64,000 bases of DNA. Origin: Anolis carolinensis (Eukaryota). The DNA is taken from positions 20,819,190 to 20,883,189 of the forward strand of contig NC_085846.1 of assembly GCF_035594765.1 (NCBI RefSeq), given 5' to 3'. Shown in pieces: positions 25,043 to 37,986 of the stretch (positions are counted from its first letter, which is position 1; each line of letters starts with the position of its first letter). The position numbers were made by a program, and so were the translations under genes. The notes under the pieces are model-generated. The model did no database searches, was not told where the DNA came from, and worked only from the letters and a program-made list of their open reading frames with translations.

Positions 25043-25857
25043 TGTTGCACCTCAGCGCTGGTTCACCCTGCTCTTAACACACATTCCACCATAGCAGACT
25101 TGGTTTTTACAATTTATTGATAAAAGATAGCAAAGCCTTAATAAAAAGCAGTAAAGAAAATAGTAATCCAATTGTAAAGGCAATCTGCAGAATATAGTTC
25201 AAAGTCTCTGTAGAATATAGCAACGCAGTCCTGAAAAACAAGGCAGTGTGAACGCCAAAATACAATCCAAAACTCAGGAACTAAGCATGAACCAAAACAA
25301 GAAACCTTTTCCATGAGCAGAGACAAGGCAGGAGTTAAGCTTCCGAAATCAACGTTGCTTTGTCTGAAATCTTTCTCTGTTTCTCTCTATTTAACCATGC
25401 TTACAGGCTAAGAAAGCATTTCTCTGTCCTTGAGTTCGCACACATTTCCCAGCTATTCTCACAGAATGCCTGGGATGATGAACCCTTAACCTTAACCTTG
25501 TATCTCGATCTAAGGAAGACTCTTCTGGCTCACTACCAGAGCCACCTGGACTTTGTTGATGTTCAAAATCCTGTGAAAGGTCACCCTTATCACTAACTTC
25601 AGCTTCCCTGCTAGCCTCCGGCCTTTCTAACAATTCAGAGCCTTCAAGATTTCCTTGGTCAGCCTGCATTTCTGACAATTCAGAGCCTTCAACATTTCCT
25701 TGGTAAACCTTCTGAAACCCATATCCCCCTTCTTCATCAGACTGAACCACAGCAGTAAATGATTTCCGTATGCTATTTGATTCTTTGTCTCTTTCCTATT
25801 TCTGCCTCTCATTGGCTGTTCTGGTATCCCCGTGGAGGTGAGCAGGGAACAGGGACA
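25043..25857 (-). mobile_element. Probable solo LTR (Gypsy-like)
   Basis: TG...CA ends, a 42-bp internal tandem duplication (ACAATTCAGAGCCTTCAA...), minus-strand AATAAA near its 3' end. No clear TSD. Confidence 0.5.
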
Positions 25858-25889
25858 GGTAGCTCACAGAGACCATAGCAAAAGATGCA

Positions 25890-27146
25890 AGGTGCATCTA
25901 CACTGCAGAATTAATGTAGTTTGGCACCACTTTACCTGCCATGGTTCAATACTGCAGGATACAGGGAGCTGTAGTTTTATTTTATTTTTTATTTATTTGC
26001 TACATTTATATGCTGCCCTTCTCACCCCGAAGGGGACTTACAACTTATTTTGCCTTCTCTGCCAAGGAATGTACCCCATCAAACTACAACTTCCATTATT
26101 CGGTGTCACGACCCAGGCTACAGAGCACCAATAACCATACGCAGAGGCCAGATTCTATCTAATATCTTTATTAAGGAAATATATAAGATTAATGAAAATA
26201 AATGTAAAAGGTAGTTCAGAAGCAGACCTTTCGGGAAAGGTCAAAATTAGTCCAAAAAAGCAATGTCCAATATGAAATATTATGTTCCAAAGTTGTAATC
26301 CAATAACCGAAACACTCACTTTGCCAGGCAAAGTGAGGGGAGATGACAAGGTCCTTTAGTCCATAAACTTGAGCAAGGCTAGGAAATAACTTGATACTTG
26401 AAGCAAGGCTTAAAACGTGGAACAAGGTAACAAGGAACAAGAACAAGGTCCGTGGAATAACTTGGTAAAATCCGTGATACAAGGCAAGGTATAGTCCTGG
26501 AAAACAAGCAAGGTCCGTAGGTAAACAAAGGCTGGAAACTGGAGCGAAGGCTGGAAAGCAGGGCAAGGCTTGAGCAGGAACGAGGCTTGAAACGGAGCGC
26601 GCTGTCCAGACACAACTCGCTCCGGAGGCTGACGAATTGACTCCGCGAAGTTACTACGCGGGTAAAACACCTATATAGAGTCTAACTTTCTCGCCGAAGC
26701 AGTTCTCTGGGAACCAGAAACGAAAGCTAAACTCTGGGACCAGATGTTTGACTCCCTAAAGATTCTCACGGAAAGCAGTCTTAATTGGCTACATTCTTAG
26801 CTGCAATTCTAGCACTCCTGCGCGAAGCTGCTTCCAAACCCCTCTGTTGTTTACAAAACTCGCGGCGCAAGAACACGGGAGATGTAGGCGCAGGGTTTGT
26901 TTGACATACTTCTGGGACACAACTTTCTTGCAGGTGCAAGGTTCCCAGATCTGCCTGGGAAAGATCTGGCTGAGAAGATTCCAGTTCTGACTGGGAAGGT
27001 AAAAAACCCAAGTTTTCTTCTTCATCAGGGATTACAATGTCCTGAGCAGGACTACAAGGCCCATGGGTCATCACACTCGGTAGCATTTAGCCATGGCGGT
27101 TAAAGTGGTGTCAAATTATATTAATTCTACGGGTATAGATGCACCT
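25890..27146. mobile_element. Palindromic MITE (Harbinger-like ends) split by an L2 tail and a solo LTR
   Basis: AGGTGCATCTACAC / TATAGATGCACCT ends. Related copies near 3160-3300, 24790-24975 and 39670-39857. Confidence 0.7.
26104..27075 (-). mobile_element. Solo LTR, 972 bp
   Basis: TGTCACGACCCA...TGGGTCATCACA terminal inverted repeat, 5-bp TSD TTCGG/CTCGG (1 mismatch), TATA ~26672, minus-strand AATAAA ~26167. Confidence 0.85.
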
Positions 27147-27419
27147 GTAATTGGCAGAAATATAGAAGTGGAAAGCATGAAATGTAGATCAAACAACAGC
27201 TCCTGACTTAGCCCTCTGAGCTGTTAAACTCTGATGCCTTAAAGCATTGGCATCATTCTATGACTACTCCTGTTCAGATGGGTCCCTAGTTCAGATGAGT
27301 CCCTAGGTGGGGGACCAAGAGAATGGCCTCCCCTAAAAATCTTAACATAAAGCAAGGATTATATGGAAAAAATGTACTCTTTCAGAGTTCCAAGCTTGTT
27401 CCAAGTCGTATAAAGTTTT

Positions 27420-27970
27420 ATTGGTAATACGAATTCACTTAAATCCCACCTTTCTCTCTAGATGGGGGCTTACAATAGCTTACATGAATCAGCAAATTCA
27501 TTTAAAAGCAGAAAAATATACAATAATAATAATTATAATCCAACAAAGTAGATAGGGGATCCAAATTATTCAAAACAGATCCATCAAAATGATGGAAATG
27601 TGCACATAAATACACTGTTAAAAGTATTTGAAGTCAGTTCCCAGAAGCTGGTTTGAACTGAAGACTTTTAATTCACTGTAAGATGAAGCACAACAGTCTG
27701 GGTTCAGCCACTGAAAAGACCCTTACTCATGTTCCTCACATATGTGCCGGTGGGAATGGCGAGGAGAAGCCCTGTTCCAAAAAAGATCCCATAGCTAAGG
27801 CAGACAGAGGGCAAAAGAAAATATTTCCAAAGTCTTTTGGGGTATTATTTGTCATAACCACCATGTTGAATTTTGCTGGAATTGTGTTTGAAACAGATTA
27901 GTAGCCAGGGAAGTTCTGGATTCTGATTGGCCTTGATCAAAATTCTGGACACAACACTGTGTATGAGCTG
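27420..27970 (-). mobile_element. Old degenerate L2 3' region
   Basis: GGCTTACAA tail remnant; TTCAGCCACTGAAAAGACCCT is a reverse-complement RxFSVA motif. Confidence 0.45.
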
Positions 27971-28099
27971 AAGTTTCTGATTTTTTTTTCAAACATTCAG
28001 CAATGGGATGTAACTACATCACTATGTCAGGTATTTTCCATCATAGGTATTGATAACTCATTAAGCAACATTTTCCACACTGAGTTGGATCCCTAAATA

Positions 28100-29104
28100 C
28101 TAAAAACCTTCTTTAGAGGATTTCCCTCTCCCTGAGTTTTGAGTTGCATGGATGGCTAGGGTAGGGATCTGGTTGTTAGTAAAAGATAATTTTTTAAGAT
28201 GCCTCCCCAATGCAGCTTTGACCTCCTTGTTTCGCAGACTGTAAATGAATGGGTTCACCATTGGGATTACAATGGTGTAGAATACAGAGACTACTTTGCC
28301 TTGATTGGGAGAAGAGATGGCCCCAGGTTGTCCATACATAAAGAAAGCTGTACCAAAAAACAAACTTACAGCCATGATATGGGATGTACAAGTGGAAAAG
28401 GCTTTATGTCTGCCCTCAACAGATGGTATGCTCAAGATAGTTGCCACAATATAGCCATAGGAGATCAGGACAATTGTGAATGTTATAACTATGATCAACC
28501 CACACATTCCTAGTAGTACAATTTCATTTATAAAAGTGTCTGAGCATGAGGCCTTCATGACAGCTGGGACATCACAAAAGAACTGGTTGATTTTCCCTGG
28601 TTCACAATAGGACAAGCTGAATGTGAAACCTGTTTGTGTGCAACAGTTAAGTAAGCCAAAGAAGTATGAAACTGCTACTAAGTGTAGACATGTCTTTTTG
28701 GACATGGTCCTATTGTAAAGCAACGGGTTGCAGATGGCAACAAATCGGTCATATGCCATCGCAGCTAGGAAGAAACATTCAGTGGTTCCAAAGAGAGAGA
28801 AGAAGAACATCTGTGTGGCACACTTATTGTAAGAAATGGTCTTATCCCCAGTTGCAAAGGTTAGCATAGCTTTGGGTGTGATGACAGTGGAATAGCAAAT
28901 ATCTAAAAGGGATAGGTTTTTCAGGAAGAAGTACATAGGATTGTGAAGTTGAACATCAACAGTGATTATAACAATCATTCCAATATTGCCCATTAAGGTC
29001 AATGCATAAAACAGCATAAAAAGAAGAGACAATCCTAGCTGTAGCTCCAGGTCTCCTTCAAATCCCTCCAAGATGAATTGTGAAACCATGGTGTGGTTTT
29101 TCAT
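28100..29104 (-). CDS. Olfactory receptor (class II, OR5-like), 334 aa with extended C-tail [OR-D]
   Basis: NHT sequon, LHNPMYFFL, MAYDRFVAIC, KAFSTCTSH, PMVNPFIYSLRN. Confidence 0.94.
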   Translation of the reverse strand: MKNHTMVSQFILEGFEGDLELQLGLSLLFMLFYALTLMGNIGMIVIITVDVQLHNPMYFFLKNLSLLDICYSTVITPKAMLTFATGDKTISYNKCATQMFFFSLFGTTECFFLAAMAYDRFVAICNPLLYNRTMSKKTCLHLVAVSYFFGLLNCCTQTGFTFSLSYCEPGKINQFFCDVPAVMKASCSDTFINEIVLLGMCGLIIVITFTIVLISYGYIVATILSIPSVEGRHKAFSTCTSHIMAVSLFFGTAFFMYGQPGAISSPNQGKVVSVFYTIVIPMVNPFIYSLRNKEVKAALGRHLKKLSFTNNQIPTLAIHATQNSGRGKSSKEGF

Positions 29105-29998
29105 ATTGCTTTTAGTCTAAAAAGAATGTGATGGTAAACATATGATGGACATTTTAAAATAAGAACACATACTTTATTACAATTATGATGTGTGTGCAAT
29201 AAACCTATAAACCTATATCCTTGGGTTTGAGGACGACAGCATCCCTTCTTGAATATCTCACTTGGGTTTTTTTTCTTTGAAAACCTACAAAGTCTTTGTG
29301 TTGGCTATCCAATGTGAATGATTCCAGTCCTAAAGGATAGTAATAGAGAGGATAATTATTATAAGCAAAGCACCCTTAAGATTAACTGACTAATATTTTA
29401 ACACTTTTGTGGATATCAGTTCAAGTCTTCATATGCAATACAATTTTATAGTAAAACCTCAAGTTTATACAAGCATATAGTTGTGAGAGTCAAATAGACT
29501 GTAATAGGATGCAGAAACATGCAAATCCTGACTGCTACCCAAATATTTCAAAGGTCTGCATGAGATGATGCAAGCCTTTCAGAACTTTGTAGTTATCAGC
29601 ATTTGAAAGCAATAAATCTGCCTATCAAATGTCAGATTCTTTAGGGTTCATCTTTATGCATATCACTGCTAAGAGATTGGAATTTGTGAGTATAACTCAG
29701 TTCAACTTGTTTAAAAAATGAATATTTATCAGAAGCAGCTCAAAAGCATTTTTCAATTTTTCCTCAAATATCAATTTGCCACAACCCAAAAAAATGTGGA
29801 GAAAGAATAAAAAGGTTTAGCCACAATAAGCATGATGCAGTATCCATTGGATGGAAACTATACTCCCTAAACTACCCTATCCTTCTGAGTTCTGAGACTC
29901 AAGCAAAGCTGCAGTTAATGTATAGTACAGAGTGGAAGTATATTGTCTATTCTTCAAACAAAGCACAGTCTCAAAATGCACTCTGCATTGTTTGAAAC

Positions 29999-30281
29999 CA
30001 GAGCTTTCCAAACTGTATGCCGTGACACGTTAGTGTGTTAGCTGCAGTGTGTAGATATGTCATATGAGCATAACAAGAAACTTCAGAGTTTATGTGAAAT
30101 TACATATATTTAAGAATATAAATGAAAACTTGTCATGTGATATGTTGTATCCCCAGACATGTAATTGTTACAATGTATGTAATAATAAGTGGTGGTTTGC
30201 TAGTAAAACTGAATTCCTGTGACATGAAATGATGCACGTCTAAAAAGTGTACCACCAAAATGAAATGTTTGAAAAATTCTG
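29999..30281. mobile_element. hAT-like MITE, degenerate
   Basis: CAGAGCTTTCCAAAC / GTTTGAAAAATTCTG ends; TSD degraded. Confidence 0.5.
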
Positions 30282-30549
30282 TTTTTAAATGCATACAATG
30301 TATTCTTTATGTAGTAATTCTTTAGAAGTCAGACACATGACAGAGGTGTAGTACTGATGGGAAAGGTTTAATGTCAGTATGATTTTGACAAGGCAATATT
30401 AAAATATTCAAATTTCTTCCTATTTGGGATGGCTTGAGAATTTTGAGGCATAAATAGAAAGGAATGTGTGAAAAAGTGCCTGGGTATAAATAGTTATTCA
30501 GCATTCAAGATGAACATTAATTCAATATGTATCATGAATTCAACACTCA

Positions 30550-30721
30550 GAGACCAGTGTGGTCCAGTGATTTGAGATTGGACAATGACTCTGGAGACCA
30601 GGGTTCAATTCGCCACTTGGTCATGGAAAATCACTGGATGACAGTCTCAGACCCTGACAACGCCATGGTCATCTAAGAACTGTCATAAATGAAATGACTT
30701 GAAGGCACACAAGAACAACAA
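30550..30721 (+). mobile_element. tRNA-derived SINE with RTE-type (CAA) tail
   Basis: B box GGTTCAATTCG; ends GACTTGAAGGCACACAAGAACAACAA. Confidence 0.65.
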
Positions 30722-31263
30722 TTCAAGTGTGGTTAAGACTTCAACTATTTGATACTCAGGGCAAAAAGAATGAGGCTTTTAAAAATGTCAATCCAGGTGA
30801 AAGCATTAGTGACAGATTTTTCTTCCCTTGCTTAATGAGTTCTCTCCTATAGTTTCAGTATTACTGAATGAAAACATAATTATTAAATATAAACAAGTTT
30901 TAAATTACTATATTACAGTGTCAATTCATATTGCCATTTGTTTCTTTGGAAGTAGTTCAGATGTATTATGGATATATTAACGCCAAGATAATTGTAGCTC
31001 TTCTCCAAATATTGCAGTCTACACCAAGAGATTCAATATGATGGAGTATTACGGATGTACCTTATTTCAAAACAAAGCAGCTAACCTTGCATGCAGCAGA
31101 CAGCATATCTCAACATATATTTCAGCTTATGTTTTTAAGCCTTCCCTCCTCTGATTATTAGCCAAGAAGGATGTCAAAATTTTCTAGATGATGACATAAA
31201 TAAAAGAGTCCATTTAATTGTCTGCAATCTATTCAAATCATGCCTATGACAACTTTGCTACTA

Positions 31264-31491
31264 TCCTGTTTTCCCCAAAATAAGACCTACCCTGAAAATA
31301 AGACCTCTTGTGATTTTTCAGCATTTCTGAGGATGCTCGAAATATAAGCCCTATTTCAAAATTAAGCTCTAGATATAGTTCATTTAAAAAGTCAATTTGG
31401 AAAAATAAGACTGCCCCTGAAAACAAACCATAATGCATCTCTTGGAGCAAAAATTAATATAAAACCCTGTCTTATTTTGGAGGAAACGGGG
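31264..31491. mobile_element. pogo/Tigger-like MITE related to 9911-10319
   Basis: TCCTGTTTTCCCCAAAATAAGAC / GTCTTATTTTGGAGGAAACGGGG with TA flanks. Confidence 0.75.
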
Positions 31492-32383
31492 TATTTATTA
31501 GATGTAGTGTACATCATCAAGAAAAATCACTCACCTTGATTGTAATAACTGGATGGGATACACACTTTGAGTTTCCATCCTTCAAAGAATTGTCTTATTG
31601 TCAAAGCATTAGATATTTTCTACTTATAGTTGAGATATTCACACATTTTCTGATGTTGTTCCTCCTCCTCACATTGAAATGTATGAAGCTACCCAAAACT
31701 AAAAAGCAGATCTGTCATTATAAAAAAATAGCTAAATGCTATTGTTTGTATGTTTTGTAACAGTTTTATGTCTCTTAAATTAATTGGTATTCACTTCAGA
31801 GCTAATCTCTAGAGTACAATATGTAAACTGTTTGACAAAAAAGATTCAACATTTCCCAACAGAAAAAAAACACGTGCCATCTATGTAACAGTGAATCACT
31901 GAAAAGTTTTCATTTCCAAATTCCACCTGCTTACCTTTTGCACATTTTATCTATTTAAAAACACTCTGAATTCAAAAATATCCTATTGACTCACATTAAA
32001 ATATGGCTTCAAACATAGGCTTCAAGACGTTCTTATCAAAAGGAAAAGGGGACTCAAAAAAAGGAGAGATACAAAGATACTGCCCAGATGGGACATCAGA
32101 ATAAAAAAGACAATTTATTTGCTAGTCTGTTTGCCCTTACGTCTGTGTTTGCCCTCATTAGATTTTCCCCAGAGTGTTTTAGTAAATTCTCACTAGTTTA
32201 ACCAGTAGTGTAAAATTATGGCTTCAGGATATTAGCTACTGAATCAAGCTTTGTTATATATGTACAATGTAGTTCTGCTCATATATTAAAATTGATTTTT
32301 CTACCATTCAAAGGTGTAGTTTTATACATATTTACTTGTGAGTAGGCCCCGTTTAACTAAATATGATTCATTTCACATCAGTT

Positions 32384-32385
<2 letters not shown>

Positions 32386-32472
<87 letters not shown>
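32386..32472. repeat. Compound (TA)n(CA)n microsatellite
   Basis: Direct reading. Confidence 0.95.
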
Positions 32473-32473
<1 letters not shown>

Positions 32474-33545
32474 CTTGTTTTGATCAGTTTCTAAGTAAAA
32501 TGAATTGATGGTACAGAGGAAAAGAGAAGGAGTGCTTGAACTGATTTCTACAGAAACAGCAACTTTAGTAAGAGGACACCTAAGAGCTCCAGGATTCAAG
32601 GGCTTTGTGTAGTCCATAGCTCAGTTGTTGTGAACATGTGCTTTACACAGAGAAATATTATGAGGATTAATAAAACAAGGACAACAACAACTCTTATGCA
32701 GCAATGTAATTCTCAAGTGGAAGGTAAATCAGAACCAGCCCCACACCATTATCCACTGCAAGGTCTAGCAGAGGATGAGAGCATGCTTGATCTTCTTTAT
32801 AAAATGTATGGAGTAAAGGTCTCATAACATCTCATGATGAAAAGTTCTGTAACATGGCAGAGAGGAAGAAAAAGAACTCCAGAAGAGAAAACAAAAGATG
32901 AACAAACTCAAATTAACTGCAGCCATAGGGTTCATCTACACCTGCCAGATATTTTGGAACAAGTGGCAAAGCGGTGCAGAATCTACTTGGTTCAGCTGAA
33001 ACAGATTCCCGTTATTGGACCTAGACCTTACTGCCCCTATCACTGTCACCACTGACCCATGGTTGCAGAGCTCCAGGATTGCTTCTGCCTTTCACCATCA
33101 GCTGAGGTAATGGTGCAATTGGGGGAAAGATAAAAATGCACAGAACCTAGTCATGCTTTCCCCACTATGCCCAAATTGCAAGGCTGCTCTCAAGTTTTGT
33201 CCCTGACTTTCTGTATCATGGGGCTAAAACATCTTAAACCAAGAGTACCCCACAGTTAAGACTGGACATCTCTGCATGCCATATAGACTCCCAGAAGTGA
33301 CTTCTCAGTTAGTGTGAGCTATATAGTCAAGGTCAACATTCTTTAAGCCAACCATGATTGGAAGAACACAAGTTGCCTGACATTGCATTGGAACAGAGGA
33401 TTGAATGAAGTGATCATCTATTATAGTCCTTTACACTGATTATCTTGTTCCTTTTGATCTGTTTTGGTTGAAAAAGCAATGAAAAATACTGTTTACACCA
33501 TACTATACAGTACATCCAAATATAATATATTAATGAATGTCTCAT

Positions 33546-34481
33546 TCATAGCATATTCTTGCCACCCATTGTTCTCCAAATAGCCTTCTTGACCTCCTTA
33601 TTTCTGAGGCAGTAGATCCAGGGATTTAACATGGGTGTTAGTACAGCATAGATAACAGAGATCAGCTTGTTGGAGTTATAGGAGGAGATAGCCTTAGGCC
33701 TCACATACATGAAGATCATGGCTGTATAATAAAGTATAACTACTGAAAGGTGTGAGGCACAAGTGGAAAAAGCCTTGTTGCGCCCAGTAGTTGAAGAAAT
33801 GCTTAGGATGGTAGCAATGATATAAATATAGGACAGAACAGTCACAGACAGAGGAAGGACGAGTATGATAATCGCTAACACAAAATCTACCATCTCAGCT
33901 AGTGACATGTCTGTACAGGCTAGATTAAGCACAGGTGAAATGTCACAAAAGAAGTGATTTATGATATTGGAACCACAGAAAGTTATTTGTGAAATGAAGG
34001 ACACCTTGAAAATGGAGATAGTGAATCCACTCAACCAGGATCCACCTGCCAATTTAATGGAGAACCTAGTGCTCATGATGGCTGTGTAGCGCAAGGGGAA
34101 GCAAATGGCTACATAGCGATCATAAGCCATGACAGCTAGGAGAGCAGACTCAGTGCATGCTAAAGAAACAAAAAAGTAAAGCTGAGTCATGCATCCAGCA
34201 AAGGAGATGTTCTTGTTCTGAGTAAGAAAGCCTGAGAGCATCTTGGGAATGGTGACACTAATGTACCAGATTTCCAGGAAGGACATGTTACACAGGAAAT
34301 AATACATGGGCTTATGAAGGTGTTTGTTCAACCAGACTGTTATCATGATGACTATGTTTTCTGCCAGCACCAAGACATAGTTTATTAGGAAAACAAAGAA
34401 GAGCAAAAGCTGGAAATGCATTGAGGTTGGGAAGCCCACAAGGATAAACTCAGTGAAAACAGTCTTGGTCCCTTTTCCCAT
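33546..34481 (-). CDS. Olfactory receptor (class II, OR6-like), 311 aa from MGKGTKT [OR-E]
   Basis: [44 protein letters not shown]. The ORF-track extension to 34613 crosses a splice acceptor (TTTTCTCCTACAG, ~34512), so the start is placed at 34481. Confidence 0.93.
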   Translation of the reverse strand: MGKGTKTVFTEFILVGFPTSMHFQLLLFFVFLINYVLVLAENIVIMITVWLNKHLHKPMYYFLCNMSFLEIWYISVTIPKMLSGFLTQNKNISFAGCMTQLYFFVSLACTESALLAVMAYDRYVAICFPLRYTAIMSTRFSIKLAGGSWLSGFTISIFKVSFISQITFCGSNIINHFFCDISPVLNLACTDMSLAEMVDFVLAIIILVLPLSVTVLSYIYIIATILSISSTTGRNKAFSTCASHLSVVILYYTAMIFMYVRPKAISSYNSNKLISVIYAVLTPMLNPWIYCLRNKEVKKAIWRTMGGKNML

Positions 34482-35109
34482 GCCTGGTCCTGGCTTATGC
34501 AGTTTCTTCTCTGTAGGAGAAAATAAATACGTATTAGGTTGGATAAAGTTACACACATTTATCACAACGGCTTCTTGTGAAACAAAAGTCAAAAGCATTT
34601 CTTCATAACTCAAGAACAGTTCATGAAAGAAAATCCCATATTATTTTTTATCTTCAACCAGATTAATTGTGTAAGGCAATACAGTATCTCACATTCAAAA
34701 CCATAAAGCATTAGGTAATACATGTTGGTGCTGTAGTGAGACATTACATTACTAGGAAGTCAACTTCTGTTCTGTCTTCTAGACAGCTAGACAAGTTCAC
34801 ATCAAAGATACTACATCCCATCCCAGCCCTTGTTTTCTATATGTCTTCTTTTCCTTCAACTTATATTCTACTATTCAGTATTCCATGGAAAAATTGTAAA
34901 TAGTAAGCAGTTAAAATTTTGGGATATTATTTGTGACTACTGTGGAGGCAACACTCTTTCTTACAGTGTTCTAGATTCTAACACAAAATGTGAGATTAAA
35001 TTATTGAGATGTACTAGTGTATTGTACTATAGTGTAGGGTTCCTCATATTCTCCTTTTTTATTACTTTGTCCCCTGGATGTTAAAACCCCCTATTATGTT
35101 ATTACTACC

Positions 35110-35380
35110 CAGGCCTGTAGCAGGTTCAACCCCCCCCCCCAAAAAAAAAAATTTCAGGTTAAAAAAAACCCCTGGTTTACTCATGAATTTTAACTGGTTA
35201 ACCAAATCCCCACGCTAAGTCTATGAGACACAAAAATTTAAAAGTCCCTCCAGGCACTATCTCAAGCAGATATTGACAGGCATGTAGCTGGGGGGGGGGG
35301 GGGGGCAAGGGGTTCAACGCCCCCCCCCCCCCCGAAATTTTCACCCCCCTCCCCCAAATTATTTTTTGGCTATGGCCTTG
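35110..35380. mobile_element. hAT MITE with poly-C/poly-G tracts
   Basis: CAGGCCTGTAGC / GCTATGGCCTTG ends. Perfect 8-bp TSD TTACTACC at 35102-35109 and 35381-35388. Confidence 0.85.
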
Positions 35381-36608
35381 TTACTACCCATAGAAATACT
35401 TAACCAAATATTTGGACACAGATACTGAAAAGCATATCAAGTTCTTACTGATTTCGTTAAGTCTACTGTAAATTTTATTATGTCTGAAATCAATACATGT
35501 GATTAGATCCATACTCAGGCATGTGCAACTGGACTGGAAAAACACATTTTCCCCCTTCGGCCCATCACAACCTCTCCAATCTCCTTTATATGCTGGAAAG
35601 ATGGATAAAGTTATGGTGTCTATATACGAGGATGTCCTACATTTCAGGCATACAATTTTTCCCACAAGTAAATTCTTTCCACTCATGGAAGGCAAACTAT
35701 AGGTTGAGTCTATAGTTGTATCATTATCCTAATTAGCAATGAAAAATATATTAAAGATAACTAACACTTTTTAATGTGAATGATAAACTTTTATTTTAAT
35801 TAAATATGATATTATTAAACATTATAGTTTTAATATTTCCAAATGAGACAGATGAGTAAAACACTAAGAAATATGTTTCAGTTAGCTCATTTCTGACAAA
35901 TCTTAAGACTATGAAACAGAGAAACTATAGAAAATACCTGAATGGCAGAAGCACTGGAAACTTCATGGCAAAAAAGCAGTCAACAGACAACAAAACAATA
36001 TAACTGTAGGTTGTGTAAGACAATTAATCCTTTTATAAGTATAATAATGTGATGTCTTTTAAATGACATGTTTTCTGAACGCTGCACATGCATTTCTTCC
36101 AGTGACTTATTAGAATTAGTAAGTGGTTCAAGCAACCCTTCTTAACTTCCATCCTTAATTATCTTCAATTCCCATAAGCTAACCTTCTAAGATTTGATTA
36201 ACCATTTAAAGCCATATACAAATAAGACAACTAGATTTTTCAAAAACGAAGATTGTGAGTCTCTTGGACTTTTTCATTAGAACTTGTATTAAAATATCAT
36301 GTATGGTTAACTGGGAATATGTCTCATTGAATTAATATTTGAGTAGACAAGCACATATGATGTCCAGAACAAAAAACCTACTGTGTGGACTGATAATGAT
36401 CAATCAGTCCACTGCAATTTTTCCAAGGATCTTTATTGTCCTGGGTTTTCTCTTTCCTAATTAAAACTATCACTTATTTTTCCATAACCACTAATCATAC
36501 ACAGATCTTATTGATCTGTTTCTACGCACCACTAATGAGAGACCTTGTAAAGCCACTGAGCTCCTCCTTATCTTTGCAGAAATTTGCTAGCTTCTCACCA
36601 CTTGGAGC

Positions 36609-36998
36609 AATAATAATAATATACTTTATTTATATTCCGCTCTATCACCACAAGGGGACTCAGGGCAGATTACAGAACACATATATGGCTAACATTCAAT
36701 GCCGTTACACAATTAACAAGGTGGGGAATGTGCTGTCACCCCATCTTCCATATTGAGGAGCTTTGTTGTTCTTAGACGTCCTCTCGATCAAATTGCCTTA
36801 TGGGCACTATTTATTACCTCCTCGCTTTAAAATGGTACCTATTTATCTACTCACATTTTTGTTTACAATCTGCTAGATGGACAGGGAGCTGGGGCTGAGG
36901 GCAGGTGCTCACCCTGACCCAGGCTTGGATTGCCGACCTTACGATCGGCAGGATTTTCTTCAGCTTAGTGGTTTAGCCCACTGTGCTAGGACCGGCTC
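36609..36998 (-). mobile_element. SINE with Sauria-like tRNA head and L2-like 3' tail
   Basis: Head GGAGCCGGTCCTAGCACAGTGGGCTAAACCAC; shares GGTACCTATTtATCTACTCACATTT with the Sauria copy; the tail is the reverse complement of an L2 stem-loop plus (TTA)n. Confidence 0.6.
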
Positions 36999-37242
36999 CA
37001 ACAACATTGCTGTGTGACATCTTGAGAATAAGATAATGGAGACATAATGTGATTTATTTATTTATTTATATCTATTTTCAGAATCTCATAACAGGCTAAT
37101 TGAAGACTATCCTGTGGTCAGGCCTGTTTCATGATCTATATGTTTTCCAATGAAGCTGTCATCCAGTCTCTTTTCTCACCTGTAGACCTCCGTAAATCTG
37201 TAAACCAAGGTTAACTATGAGGTCCAGTGTGCTAGAATAGGT

Positions 37243-37986
37243 TATTTATTTATTTCGTGTCAAAAGCATTGTACAACAAATACATTTCAAATATTGGAAA
37301 TAAAAAAAAGAAATCACAAGCAACTATATAGTTTTGGACCAAAAGCGGGCAACAGCAACCGCATTGTCTGTAGCTTTAAACAACTCCTCTTCCGTACATG
37401 AGGCAGGGCATTGTGGGCAAGCATACATATGCTGAGTTGTTTGTTCAGCTCCACAGTCACACAAGGTGGAGGATTCCTCCAGGTAGTGCCACCTTGCCAA
37501 GTTGTCTTTTGATCTGCCCACTCCACTTCTGAGTCTGTTCAGGGACTTCCAAGTTGCCCATTCTTGGTTTGCCCCTGGAGGAAGACCCTCGTGGGGAGCC
37601 ATCCAGTTAGAATTGCCAGGTTTAGCTGCCCAGAGGGACACCCTTGCTGTTGCTGGAGGAACATCAAGAGGAGTGGTGGTTCTCATGAAGCCCTTCCTTG
37701 ATTTGAGTCTACTGGGAGGAGGCTGATAGCCATGCAGTGGGTGGCTTTCACAATGTTCGACCTTTTTTCTCTCACCGTTAGCAGCAACTTCCCGTCACAC
37801 GTCAGGAGGGGCAATGCCAGCTAACTTGTAGAGTTTATCAACAGGTGTAGGTTTAAGGCATCCCGTGATGATTCTGCATGTTTCATTCAGTGCTATGTCC
37901 ACCTGCTTTGCATGGGCAGACTTGTGCCAAACAGGACAGGCGTACTCAGCAGTTGAGAAAGACAAGGCCAGGGCTGATGTTCTAGA
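37243..37986 (-). mobile_element. Vingi (Ingi-clade) LINE, 5'-truncated
   Basis: Encodes ...STAEYACPVW...CRIITGCLKPTP...LNRLRSGVG...CDCGAEQTTQHMYAC (CCHC finger), with one TGA. Perfect 15-bp TSD TGTGCTAGAATAGGT at 37228-37242 and 37987-38001. Confidence 0.9.

Noticed and set aside
25391-27103. 100-119 aa ORFs within the LTR-like elements
   Set aside because: No gag/pol motifs; incidental ORFs in LTR sequence.
34482-34613. 44-aa N-terminal extension of OR-E in the ORF track
   Set aside because: It crosses a polypyrimidine/AG acceptor; the OR consensus begins at MGKG.
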